Assembly (NCBI GenBank): GCA_041553175.1
Contig: JBFEJM010000001.1
Span: 1 to 25,818 of the forward strand
DNA from: Gammaproteobacteria bacterium
GTDB lineage: Bacteria > Pseudomonadota > Gammaproteobacteria > Thiohalobacterales > Thiohalobacteraceae
Direction: 5' to 3'
Length of the DNA: 25,818 nt
Numbering within the stretch: position 1 is the first letter of the stretch; each line of letters opens with the position of its first letter. Below, piece after piece: positions 16,197 to 25,818 of the stretch. The notes below the pieces were generated by a model. The model was given only the letters and a program-made list of their open reading frames with translations, ran no database searches and was not told the DNA's origin. The position numbers and the translations under genes were made by a program.

Positions 16197-17450
16197 ATGG
16201 CCCCAGACCGCAAGCAAGCCGCCCTCGACTATCACGCACTGCCACGCCCCGGAAAAATCGCGATCGAAGTCACCAAACCCTGCGATACCCAGCAGGACCT
16301 GGCGCTGGCCTACACCCCTGGGGTCGCGGAACCGGTCCGCGCCATTGCGGAGAATGCCCACGAGGCCTACCGCTACACCAGCAAAGGCAATCTGGTCGGC
16401 GTCATTACCGACGGCACCGCCGTGCTGGGACTCGGCAACGTGGGCGCGCTGGCGGGCAAGCCGGTCATGGAGGGCAAAGGCGTGCTGTTCAAGCGTTTCG
16501 CGAATGTTGATGTGTTCGATATCGAGGTCAACGCAAAGGATCCGGAAGATTTCATTCGAACCGTGATCGCTATTGCCCCGACCTTCGGCGGCATCAACCT
16601 TGAAGACATCGCGGCGCCGCACTGTTTCGAAATCGAACGACGCCTGGAAGAGAGTCTGGACATACCCGTGTTTCACGATGATCAGCACGGCACGGCCATT
16701 ATCATCGCGGCCGGACTGCTCAATGCGCTCGAGCTGCAAGGCAAGACCCTGGCGGAGGCGCGGATTGCCTGTGTCGGCGCCGGCGCAGCCGGCATCGCAT
16801 CCATGCGCCTGCTGCTGGCGCTGGGCGCCACACCCGGCAACATCCTTCTGGTCGACCGCAAGGGCGTCATTCGCGAGGGTCGCGACGACCTCAATGTCTA
16901 CAAGCGCGAATTTGCGGTCAATACGGACCGTATCACGCTCGCTGACGCTATCCGCGATGCCGATGTCTTCATCGGCGTGTCGGGTCCGGACATCATGACA
17001 GCCGACATGCTGTTGTCGATGGCAGTCAGGCCCATCGTCTTCGCCTTATCCAATCCGGACCCGGAAATCCGCCCCGAAGTCGCGTTGGAGGCACGCAATG
17101 ACCTGATCATGGCAACCGGCCGCAGCGACTACCCCAACCAGGTGAACAACGTACTGGGATTTCCCTTTATCTTCCGTGGCGCGCTCGATGTCCACGCCCG
17201 CAGCATCAATCAGCCGATGCAGATTGCCGCAGTACACGCGCTGCGCCAGCTGGCACGTCAACCCGTGCCTGCAGATGTCCTGAAAGCCTACAAGCTGGAA
17301 CAGCTCGAGTTCGGTCCGGACTATATCATCCCCAAACCGCTGGACCCGCGCTTGATGGACTTTGTCCCGCCGGCGGTTGCCAAAGCGGCAGTGGATTCAG
17401 GCTGCGCTCGCGCACCCTACCCGGCGCATTACCCGCAACCAAAGGTGTAA
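16197..17450 (+). CDS. maeB: NAD(P)-dependent malic enzyme, short form without a phosphotransacetylase-like domain
   Basis: AYTPGVAEP, ITDGTAVLGLG, GKPVMEGK, INLEDI, FHDDQHGTA, GAGAAG, ALSNPDPEI and TGRSDYPNQVNNVLGFP. ATG 16197 or 16185. Confidence 0.95.
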   Translation: MAPDRKQAALDYHALPRPGKIAIEVTKPCDTQQDLALAYTPGVAEPVRAIAENAHEAYRYTSKGNLVGVITDGTAVLGLGNVGALAGKPVMEGKGVLFKRFANVDVFDIEVNAKDPEDFIRTVIAIAPTFGGINLEDIAAPHCFEIERRLEESLDIPVFHDDQHGTAIIIAAGLLNALELQGKTLAEARIACVGAGAAGIASMRLLLALGATPGNILLVDRKGVIREGRDDLNVYKREFAVNTDRITLADAIRDADVFIGVSGPDIMTADMLLSMAVRPIVFALSNPDPEIRPEVALEARNDLIMATGRSDYPNQVNNVLGFPFIFRGALDVHARSINQPMQIAAVHALRQLARQPVPADVLKAYKLEQLEFGPDYIIPKPLDPRLMDFVPPAVAKAAVDSGCARAPYPAHYPQPKV

Positions 17451-17512
17451 TCGGGAACGTCCTACGAACGAGTGTCGTTATAACTGCCGGCAAAAAACCC
17501 GGAGCGGCGGCG

Positions 17513-18127
17513 CTAGGCATCCTGCTCCAGCAACTCCTCAACGCGCCGCAGATTGGCCCGCGGCATAGGCTTACCATCAACGGGACTGCGGGGCGCCTGA
17601 CGCAGACCGTTGAGCGGCTGGATCAGCGCCTCGATCTGCACGTCACCTGCCAAAAAGCGGATAAAGGGAAAGGAAGCGAACTCGTCTTTGTTCACACGAA
17701 GGCGCCGCAAACCCTCTTCGTAGGGAACCTGTGCTTCCATTAGAAACAGCGTCACCTCTTCCGGCAGCTCGGCAAACAGATGCAGGTTCACATCGGAGAA
17801 CTCGCCAGCGGTCCCGCTCAGCACCGAGCCGGTGAGCCGAGGCTCAAACCGTTCGAAGAAATGCATGGCATCTCGAGCGGCTTCACGCAGGACCCTGAGT
17901 CGACGCGGCTGTTCCCGCTCCTGAAACAGGTGCTGATAAGCCGCCAGCTCCGCCTCGACCTCTATATTGCGCGGGAGATTCTGGGTATCCGGCGCACCCA
18001 GCCGCACCGCCGCCTTCCGCTTCGCGACCAGATAATCCCGAATGCCTTCGCTGACCATCAACCGCGCCGCTTCCTGTGCGATGCGCTGTCGCATCTGGCG
18101 GTCCCTGCTGCTTTGGCGAACGCCCAT
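17513..18127 (-). CDS. Conserved hypothetical protein with a nucleotidyltransferase (Pol-beta-like) motif
   Basis: A helical N-terminal domain (RIAQEAARLM...AKRKAA...LPRNIEVE) is followed by RLTGSVLSGTAGEFSDVNLHLF, a GS...G...SDxN variant of the hG[GS]x9-13DhD motif. ATG 18127 lies 28 nt after the ponA stop. Confidence 0.8.
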   Translation of the reverse strand: MGVRQSSRDRQMRQRIAQEAARLMVSEGIRDYLVAKRKAAVRLGAPDTQNLPRNIEVEAELAAYQHLFQEREQPRRLRVLREAARDAMHFFERFEPRLTGSVLSGTAGEFSDVNLHLFAELPEEVTLFLMEAQVPYEEGLRRLRVNKDEFASFPFIRFLAGDVQIEALIQPLNGLRQAPRSPVDGKPMPRANLRRVEELLEQDA

Positions 18128-18155
18128 GCCCTGCCTCGCGATCGTCTGAACACAA

Positions 18156-20537
18156 TCAGAATAACTGCTCCGGCACGCCCGTACCACCATTCTGATCGGT
18201 GACGGCACCGGAGCTGGAACTCATTTGCTGCGGCACCTCATCTTCCCTGAAGGTTTCGAAAATGGCATCGGCCTGATCGCTCCCCGCCAGCAGGCCGTTG
18301 CTTGGATCGATGCGCACCGTGACCATGCCTGTGGGCGGATCTTTGCGCACAACCGGCGTACCTTCCAGCGCAGGCCCCATGTAGTCCATCCAGATTGGCA
18401 GCGCCGCTCGACCGCCTGTCTCTCCGGAACCGAGTGGTGCAACCGCATCGAATCCGATCCAGGCACTGGTTACCAATGTGGGTGTGAAGCCACAGAACCA
18501 GGCATCGTACTGATCATTTGTTGTTCCCGTCTTTCCGGCGAGGTCATCCCGGCCCAAGGCACGGGCCCGCTTTGCAGTCCCCTCTCGCACCACATCCTGC
18601 ATCATCGACGCCATCAACCAGGCATTCTGTGGTGTCACCACCGCTTCTGCAGGCTTTATGGGCGCAACCTCCTGCTCGGCGACCGTCACTTCATCACGGC
18701 AATCCGGGCAGACCCGCAAGGGCTCGGCCTGGTAAAGAATGCCGCCTTCAACATCAACGATGCGATCTATGAAATAGGGTTCCACAAGGTATCCGCCATT
18801 GGCGAATACCGCATAACCTCGCGTGATTTCCAGCGGCGTCATCGTGCCGCTGCCAAGTGCCAGCGAGAGATCGCCAGGGAGAGATTCGGCCCGGAAACCA
18901 AAGCGCCGCACATAGTCCCGCGCATAATTCACACCAATTGCCTGCAGTATGCGAATCGATACCAGATTGCGCGAGTGTGTCAGCGCTTCACGCAGGCGGG
19001 TCGGCCCGTAGAAGCGCCCACTGTAGTTCTCCGGACGCCAGGCACGCTCGAGCGCGGGGTCATCAAATACGACCGGCGCATCATTGACCACGCTCGCCGC
19101 AGTAAACCCTTTTTCCAGCGCCGCCGAATAGACAAAAGGCTTGAAGCTGGAGCCCGGCTGACGATTTGCCTGAATGGCACGATTGAACTTGCTGCGATAG
19201 AAATCGAAGCCACCGGCAAGCGCATGAATCGCACCGTCGGAAGGATCCAACGATACCAAGGCCCCTTCAACGGCCGGCAGCTGGGCCAGCTGCCAGATGT
19301 CACCTTCCGGTCTGACTCTCACGAGATCACCGACGGCAACAATGTCGGCAGCCGACTCCGGCGCGGCTGCGCGCCGGTTCGCGCTCTGGTAACGGCGTGC
19401 CCAGGACAATCCGTCCCAGTCCAACCGGATCTCTCGCCCATCCCGCAGGAGCACTTGGCAGGACTTCTCCTCGACCGCGACGACCAGCGCCGGCGATAAC
19501 CCGCCCAGGGTCGTCTCATTATGCAGCAGACCGGCCAGGGTGGCGGCATCCGCGTCTACCGGTATACTCAGTTTCCGCTCCGCACCACGATAGCCATGAC
19601 GCTTATCGTAGTCGATCAATCCCGCCCGCAGCGCCTCATTGGCCAACGTCTGGTGACGCGAATCCACGGTCGTGTAGACACGCATGCCTTGTGCATAGGC
19701 CTCGTCGCCATAGCGACGGACCAATTCGGCGCGCACCATCTCGGCGATATAGGCAGCGTCGATCTCGACCGCTGAGGCATGCGGGCTGGCATCGTCTATT
19801 TCAGCCACAGCCATATCGTATGTTGCACTGTCGATATGTCCGAGATCACGCATTCGTCCAAGCACATAATTGCGTCTGAGCGCCGCACGCTTGGGATCGG
19901 CAATCGGATTGTAGCGTGACGGCGCCTTGGGCAGGCCCGCGATCATCGCCATCTGAGCAACACTGAGCTGGTCGAGTCTCAGTCCATAATAGGCCTGCGC
20001 CGCGGCACCGATACCGTAAGCCCGCTGCCCCATGAAAATCTTGTTGAGGTACAGCTCGAGTATCTGATCCTTGGTCAAGTCGCGTTCGATTTTCAGCGCC
20101 AGAAAGATCTCGGTCAGCTTGCGCAGATAGGATTTTTCACTGCTCAAGAAGAAATTTCGCGCGACCTGCATAGTGATGGTACTGCCGCCCTGGCGCTTCT
20201 CGCCGGTACGCGCCAATTCGAACGCCGCGCGCAGCAAACCCTGATAATCCACGCCGGGATGCTCGTAGAATCTGTCGTCCTCGGCGGCCAAAAAGGCTTT
20301 GACCATCAAGTTTGGCACCCCATCGATCGATACAGGTATTCGACGCTTCTCGCCGAACTCAGCAATTAACTTTTCGTCACGGGAGAACACACGCAAGGGA
20401 ACTTGCATCTGGACATCGCGAAGTACTTCGATGGACGGCAACTGAGGGGCTATATAGAAGTAGGCCCCGGCGACGGTGATAAGCACCAGGGTCAGAAGCC
20501 CAAACAGAGCGGTCAACATAAGCCGCAGGAGTTTCAT
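18156..20537 (-). CDS. mrcA: Penicillin-binding protein 1A (class A PBP)
   Basis: N-terminal TM anchor; glycosyltransferase motifs EDDRFYEHPG, GGSTITMQ and RKLTE; transpeptidase SSFK, SRN and KTG motifs; divergent from pilM. Confidence 0.98.
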   Translation of the reverse strand: MKLLRLMLTALFGLLTLVLITVAGAYFYIAPQLPSIEVLRDVQMQVPLRVFSRDEKLIAEFGEKRRIPVSIDGVPNLMVKAFLAAEDDRFYEHPGVDYQGLLRAAFELARTGEKRQGGSTITMQVARNFFLSSEKSYLRKLTEIFLALKIERDLTKDQILELYLNKIFMGQRAYGIGAAAQAYYGLRLDQLSVAQMAMIAGLPKAPSRYNPIADPKRAALRRNYVLGRMRDLGHIDSATYDMAVAEIDDASPHASAVEIDAAYIAEMVRAELVRRYGDEAYAQGMRVYTTVDSRHQTLANEALRAGLIDYDKRHGYRGAERKLSIPVDADAATLAGLLHNETTLGGLSPALVVAVEEKSCQVLLRDGREIRLDWDGLSWARRYQSANRRAAAPESAADIVAVGDLVRVRPEGDIWQLAQLPAVEGALVSLDPSDGAIHALAGGFDFYRSKFNRAIQANRQPGSSFKPFVYSAALEKGFTAASVVNDAPVVFDDPALERAWRPENYSGRFYGPTRLREALTHSRNLVSIRILQAIGVNYARDYVRRFGFRAESLPGDLSLALGSGTMTPLEITRGYAVFANGGYLVEPYFIDRIVDVEGGILYQAEPLRVCPDCRDEVTVAEQEVAPIKPAEAVVTPQNAWLMASMMQDVVREGTAKRARALGRDDLAGKTGTTNDQYDAWFCGFTPTLVTSAWIGFDAVAPLGSGETGGRAALPIWMDYMGPALEGTPVVRKDPPTGMVTVRIDPSNGLLAGSDQADAIFETFREDEVPQQMSSSSGAVTDQNGGTGVPEQLF

Positions 20538-20647
20538 GAAGGCAGGGAGTCGTCAGGTTGTGAACGGATTCAGGTATTAGACTATAAAGGAAATTATAAA
20601 TCTCCCGATACTCTTGATCGAGGCCATACGCGGCCCAGTGACATTAG

Positions 20648-21799
<1,152 letters not shown>

Positions 21800-21800
21800 C

Positions 21801-22376
21801 ATGGCGCGCATAAATCTACTTCCCTGGCGCGAATGGGAACGCAATCGCAAACAGCGGGAATTTGCCGTTATGGCGGCCGGCGGCGCTATCCTGGCGGCTC
21901 TTATCGTGGTGTTTGCCCATATCCAAATGGAAGCGATGATTGGTGGTCAGAATGACCGTAACAATTACTTGAAAACCGAAATCGCAGCCCTGGACAAGCG
22001 GATCGAGAAGATCAAGGATCTGGAGTCGACCAAGGCGAAATTGTTGGCGCGCATGAATGTCATTCAGCAGCTGCAGAGCAACCGCCCCATCAGTGTCCAT
22101 CTGCTGGATGAGTTGGTACGAACCTTGCCTGACGGTGTACATCTGAACAAATTCACCCAGCAAGGAACGAGTCTGACTATGGAAGGTGTCGCACAATCGA
22201 ACGCTCGCGTTTCGGCCTACATGCGCAATATTGACGGTTCACCATGGCTGGAAAACCCCAAGCTCAACGTCATTGAGACGAAGACAGAAGACCGTCGCCG
22301 CGTTGCCGACTTCACCCTACTCGCCAATCAGAAGGTGACGAGCGACCAGGAAGGTGGAATGGGGGGAACGCCGTGA
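21801..22376 (+). CDS. pilN: Type IV pilus assembly protein PilN
   Basis: MARINLLPWRE PilM-binding motif, one TM helix, a coiled coil and GVAQSNARVSAYMRNI. Confidence 0.97.
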   Translation: MARINLLPWREWERNRKQREFAVMAAGGAILAALIVVFAHIQMEAMIGGQNDRNNYLKTEIAALDKRIEKIKDLESTKAKLLARMNVIQQLQSNRPISVHLLDELVRTLPDGVHLNKFTQQGTSLTMEGVAQSNARVSAYMRNIDGSPWLENPKLNVIETKTEDRRRVADFTLLANQKVTSDQEGGMGGTP

Positions 22377-22984
22377 ATTTGTCCGAAATCGACATTAATG
22401 ACCTTGATTTCAGTAACATTGCCAATTGGCCGATGGCCGCCCGCGTTTTTATTATTGTACTGATCGCGGTAGCAGTGATGGGCCTGGGGTACTGGTTCGA
22501 TATCAAGGATCAGCGTCTGCGCTTGGCACAGGCCGAGAAGCAGGAAAGTGAACTCAAGCGGGATTTCGAAAACAAGGCTGGCAAAGCTGCGAATTTGGAA
22601 GCCTACGAACAGCAATTGGAAGAGATGCGGCAATCATTTGGCACCATGTTGCGCCAGTTGCCTAACAAAACGGAGGTCGCCGATCTGTTGGTGGACGTTT
22701 CACAGACGGGTCTCGCCAGTGGTCTGGAGTTCGAACTCTTCAAGCCGCAGGGTGAAGTGCCGCGCGAGTTCTATGCGGAACTTCCCATCAGCATCAAAGT
22801 CCGTGGCACGTATCACGAGTTTGGCGCGTTTGTCAGCGGTGTCGCAGCTTTACCGCGTATCGTCACTATCCACGATATCGCAATCGCGCCGCCGGCCAAG
22901 GACGCTGTAGCAGGTGAACTGAGCATGGAGCTGACGGCGAAAACCTACCGGTACCTGGATGAAAGTGAGGAGGCAACGAAATGA
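22373..22984 (+). CDS. pilO: Type IV pilus assembly protein PilO
   Basis: NIANWP, one TM helix, KAANLEAYEQQL, QLPNKTEVADLL and EFYAELPI; GTGA overlap with pilN. Confidence 0.97.
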   Translation: MNLSEIDINDLDFSNIANWPMAARVFIIVLIAVAVMGLGYWFDIKDQRLRLAQAEKQESELKRDFENKAGKAANLEAYEQQLEEMRQSFGTMLRQLPNKTEVADLLVDVSQTGLASGLEFELFKPQGEVPREFYAELPISIKVRGTYHEFGAFVSGVAALPRIVTIHDIAIAPPAKDAVAGELSMELTAKTYRYLDESEEATK

Positions 22985-23520
22985 AGTCTCTTCGCGTAAC
23001 AATTATATCTGTATCATGCTGGCTTGCCTTGGGCATTGGACTCAGCGGCTGCAGTGGCGGCAATACTCAGGATCTGAAGCGATTCACGGAAGAGGCTCGC
23101 AACCGTCAGCCGTCAAAGATCGAACCGCTGCCGGAATTCAAGCCGTACGAGACTTTCCTGTACCAAGCCGGCGATCTGCGCAGCCCGTTCAATCCGTTAT
23201 CTGGCGGACCGGCTGAACAACTGGCGTCCAGCAATGGCAGCGGCGTCCACCCGGAAGCCAATCGGGCACGTGAACCGCTCGAAGAGTTCCCACTGGATAC
23301 CTTGCGCATGGTCGGAACACTTGAGCAGCATGGCGAATCCTGGGGACTGGTAGTGGCCAGTGATGGCACCATCCATCGTGTTCAACCCGGTAACTATGCA
23401 GGCCAGAATCACGGCAAGATCAAAGAGATTTCCGAGTTTGAAATTGCGTTAACAGAAATTGTACCGGACGGGCTCGGTGGCTGGATGGAACGCCCAGCCT
23501 CGCTTGCACTCAGCGAATGA
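22981..23520 (+). CDS. pilP: Type IV pilus lipoprotein PilP
   Basis: Lipobox LSGC, LRSPF, REPLEEFPLDTLRMVGTL and GNYAGQNHGKI; ATGA overlap with pilO. Confidence 0.97.
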   Translation: MKSLRVTIISVSCWLALGIGLSGCSGGNTQDLKRFTEEARNRQPSKIEPLPEFKPYETFLYQAGDLRSPFNPLSGGPAEQLASSNGSGVHPEANRAREPLEEFPLDTLRMVGTLEQHGESWGLVVASDGTIHRVQPGNYAGQNHGKIKEISEFEIALTEIVPDGLGGWMERPASLALSE

Positions 23521-23541
23521 TCCCACGGGGGGAGCAAAGTC

Positions 23542-25713
23542 ATGATCAGTAGCATCACCACAACCATTAATCACAACGCCACGCTGAGAAGGGGCTCTAC
23601 ACGCAAATCCCTGTTCGGATGGATTACCGGTGCGATCACCGGGCTGCTATTCGTAGCGCAGACGGCGGTCGCGGCCGAAGGTGGCAATACGCTCCAAGCC
23701 ATCGATGTCGGCTCGCTACCCGGCAATAAGGTCCAGGTCATCCTGAAAATGGATCGCACTCCGGACAAGCCGCTTAGTTTCACCATCGACAATCCCGCGC
23801 GCATCGCGCTGGACCTGCCCAACACCCAGAACGCACTGGGCAAAGGCGCCCAGCCCATCGGCGTCGGCGTCGCGAAAAGCCTCACTGCCATCGAAGCCCA
23901 GGGCCGCACTCGTGTCGTAATCGATCTGGTGCAAATGGCGCCTTATGAAACCCGCGTTGAGGGCAACAATATTGTCGTGACGCTGCAGGATACATCCAGT
24001 GCCGCAGCACTGGCTGCGACCAAAACCGCGCCCGGCAGTGCAATGACATCGAGCACGACTACAGCAGGCGCGGGCATCCAGAATGTGGATTTTCGTCGCG
24101 GCGACAGCGGTGAAGGCCGTGTGATCGTTACTTTGGCCAACCCCAACATCCCGGTCGACATGCGTCAGGAAGCAGGGCAGGTTGTCCTGGACTTCTATAA
24201 TGTTGATCTACCGGAAAGCCTGGAACGCCGTCTGGACGTGGCCGATTTTGCCACGCCTGTAAAGACAGTGGATACTTTCTCCAAGGGCAAGAACGTACGA
24301 ATGGTTATTGCGCCGACCGGCGAATATGACTACGTCGCGTACCAGACCGACAATCTCTATACCGTTGAAATCAAGCCGACGACCAAGGAAGAGCAGGAGC
24401 TCCGCCGCCGCGAACAGCTTGGTTTCACAGGTGAGCGTCTGTCACTCAACTTCCAGGATATCGAGGTGCGCTCGGTTCTGCAGCTGATTGCGGACTTTAC
24501 CGGTACCAATATTGTTGTCAGTGATACCGTCAGCGGTAACATCACCCTGCGCCTGCAGAATGTACCCTGGGATCAGGCACTGGATATCATCCTGAAGACC
24601 AAAGGTCTTGCCATGCGCAAGAATAACGAGGTCATTCTGGTTGCACCGAGTGAAGAAGTCGCCGCACGGGAAAAACTCGAACTCGAGTCCATGAAACAGA
24701 TCGAGGAGCTTGCTCCCCTGTTCTCGGAATATGTTCAGGTCAACTATGCGAAAGCGTCGGACATTGCTGAGCTACTGAAACCCAAAGAGGGGGAAGGTAC
24801 CACCATGCTGTCCGAGCGTGGAACTGTCTCCATCGATCAGCGCACTAACACGCTGCTCATTCGGGACACGTCGGAAAAACTTGCTGACGTCCGCAAAATG
24901 GTCACGATTCTGGATATCCCCGTTCGCCAGGTACTGATTGAATCGCGTATCGTTATCGCCAACGACGACTTTGCCCGTGACATCGGTGTACGCCTGGGCG
25001 GCAACAAACAGGATTCCTCGAACACCACCAATACGGGTATCGCCGGCGGCCTCCCTGGCGATGTTGCCTGGGGTAACTTTGCCAACACCCTGATCGTCAA
25101 TCCGGGCGACTCCGATCCGCCCACCGATGCTCTGCTGACCGATCTGCGCGTGTCGAATCCGATGGGTGCCGTCAACTTCATCATCGGTCGACTGGGTAAA
25201 GACCTGCTCCGCCTTGAACTGTCAGCCATGCAGGCCGAAGGCAAGGGTGAAATCATCTCCAGTCCCCGTGTCATCACCGCCAACCAGAAAGAAGCGGTGA
25301 TTCGCGACGGCGTTCGGATCCCCTACCTCGAGGCATCTTCAAGCGGCTCGACGTCGGTGAGTTTCAAAGAAGCCGTACTGGCGCTGCGAGTGACTCCGCA
25401 GATCACGCCTGACGACCGCGTCATTATGGATCTGAAGGTCAACCAGGACACCGTCGGTCAAGTATTCTCCGGCGTGCCAAGCATTGACACCCGTGCGGTA
25501 GAGACCCAGGTTCTGGTGGATAACGGCGAGACTGCGGTACTTGGTGGCATCTATATCCAGGAGAAACGCCAGGAAGTGGATAAGATCCCGCTCCTTGGTG
25601 ATCTGCCAGGTGTCGGTGCGGCCTTCCGTACGACCCGCAAACTGAACGAAAAGTCGGAACTTCTGATCTTTGTCACACCAAAGATCATCAAGGACAACCT
25701 CGCGGCCAACTAA
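23542..25713 (+). CDS. pilQ: Type IV pilus secretin PilQ
   Basis: Signal peptide, two AMIN-like domains, GERLSLNFQDIEVRSVL, VPWDQALD, DQRTNTL, QVLIESRIV, LAVTPQI-type motif (LRVTPQIT) and KIPLLGDLPGVG...ELLIFVTPKI. Confidence 0.98.
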   Translation: MISSITTTINHNATLRRGSTRKSLFGWITGAITGLLFVAQTAVAAEGGNTLQAIDVGSLPGNKVQVILKMDRTPDKPLSFTIDNPARIALDLPNTQNALGKGAQPIGVGVAKSLTAIEAQGRTRVVIDLVQMAPYETRVEGNNIVVTLQDTSSAAALAATKTAPGSAMTSSTTTAGAGIQNVDFRRGDSGEGRVIVTLANPNIPVDMRQEAGQVVLDFYNVDLPESLERRLDVADFATPVKTVDTFSKGKNVRMVIAPTGEYDYVAYQTDNLYTVEIKPTTKEEQELRRREQLGFTGERLSLNFQDIEVRSVLQLIADFTGTNIVVSDTVSGNITLRLQNVPWDQALDIILKTKGLAMRKNNEVILVAPSEEVAAREKLELESMKQIEELAPLFSEYVQVNYAKASDIAELLKPKEGEGTTMLSERGTVSIDQRTNTLLIRDTSEKLADVRKMVTILDIPVRQVLIESRIVIANDDFARDIGVRLGGNKQDSSNTTNTGIAGGLPGDVAWGNFANTLIVNPGDSDPPTDALLTDLRVSNPMGAVNFIIGRLGKDLLRLELSAMQAEGKGEIISSPRVITANQKEAVIRDGVRIPYLEASSSGSTSVSFKEAVLALRVTPQITPDDRVIMDLKVNQDTVGQVFSGVPSIDTRAVETQVLVDNGETAVLGGIYIQEKRQEVDKIPLLGDLPGVGAAFRTTRKLNEKSELLIFVTPKIIKDNLAAN

Positions 25714-25757
25714 AACCGCGCGCACGACTTGTAAGCCGCCAGACTTTCTGGCATACC

Positions 25758-25790
25758 TGCCCGGCATGAATATGCCGGGCAATTTATTTC
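25758..25790 (+). terminator. Terminator-like hairpin overlapping the aroK start
   Basis: Perfect 10-bp inverted repeat TGCCCGGCAT-GAAT-ATGCCGGGCA (25758-25781) followed by ATTTATTTC. Confidence 0.45.
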
Positions 25791-25818
25791 TGGTCGGCCC
25801 TATGGGGGCCGGCAAGAC
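25766..25818 (+). CDS. aroK: Shikimate kinase, 5' fragment (runs off the window end)
   Basis: MNMPGNLFLVGPMGAGK(T) is the AroK P-loop start, in the canonical position after pilQ. ATG 25766 or 25772. Confidence 0.92.
   Translation, partial: MNMPGNLFLVGPMGAGK

Noticed and set aside
16197-17450. Short malic enzyme as a possible truncation or pseudogene
   Set aside because: All catalytic motifs are intact, and PTA-less malic enzymes of about 420 aa are a normal form at this locus.
17513-18127. MNT-HEPN toxin-antitoxin or CBASS-type defence interpretation
   Set aside because: There is no adjacent HEPN, effector or Cap gene; both neighbours are housekeeping genes.
18225-19499. 424-aa plus-strand ORF
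   Set aside because: Antisense shadow within ponA; no recognisable motifs.

Overview
A GC-rich gammaproteobacterial core-chromosome window with no mobile elements, rRNA/tRNA genes or CRISPR arrays visible to me. It joins two housekeeping loci. Left: spoT(partial)-rpoZ-gmk-yicC on the minus strand, divergent from a soluble Hanks-type Ser/Thr kinase plus PP2C phosphatase pair, rph, rdgB, an orphan MMPL/RND transporter and a tightly overlapping hemW-CPXCG zinc-finger protein-rof unit, followed by nhaD. Middle: rimO divergent from a DUF3135-like gene, across an intergenic region with DnaA-box-like, IHF-like and GATC motifs. Right: rpmE, secreted thermonuclease, M48 lipoprotein peptidase, short malic enzyme, then (minus) ponA/mrcA with a downstream nucleotidyltransferase-fold gene, divergent from pilMNOPQ-aroK(partial). 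This right-hand order matches my recollection of the Pseudomonas aeruginosa rpmE-to-aroK region apart from the extra nucleotidyltransferase-fold gene. The best candidates for undescribed biology are the sensor-less kinase/phosphatase pair embedded among RNA-turnover genes, the hemW-zinc finger-Rho inhibitor unit, the ponA-linked nucleotidyltransferase-fold protein, an FNR-type class II promoter in front of nhaD, and a hairpin that buries the aroK start codons. All family assignments come from motif recognition by eye; no searches were run.
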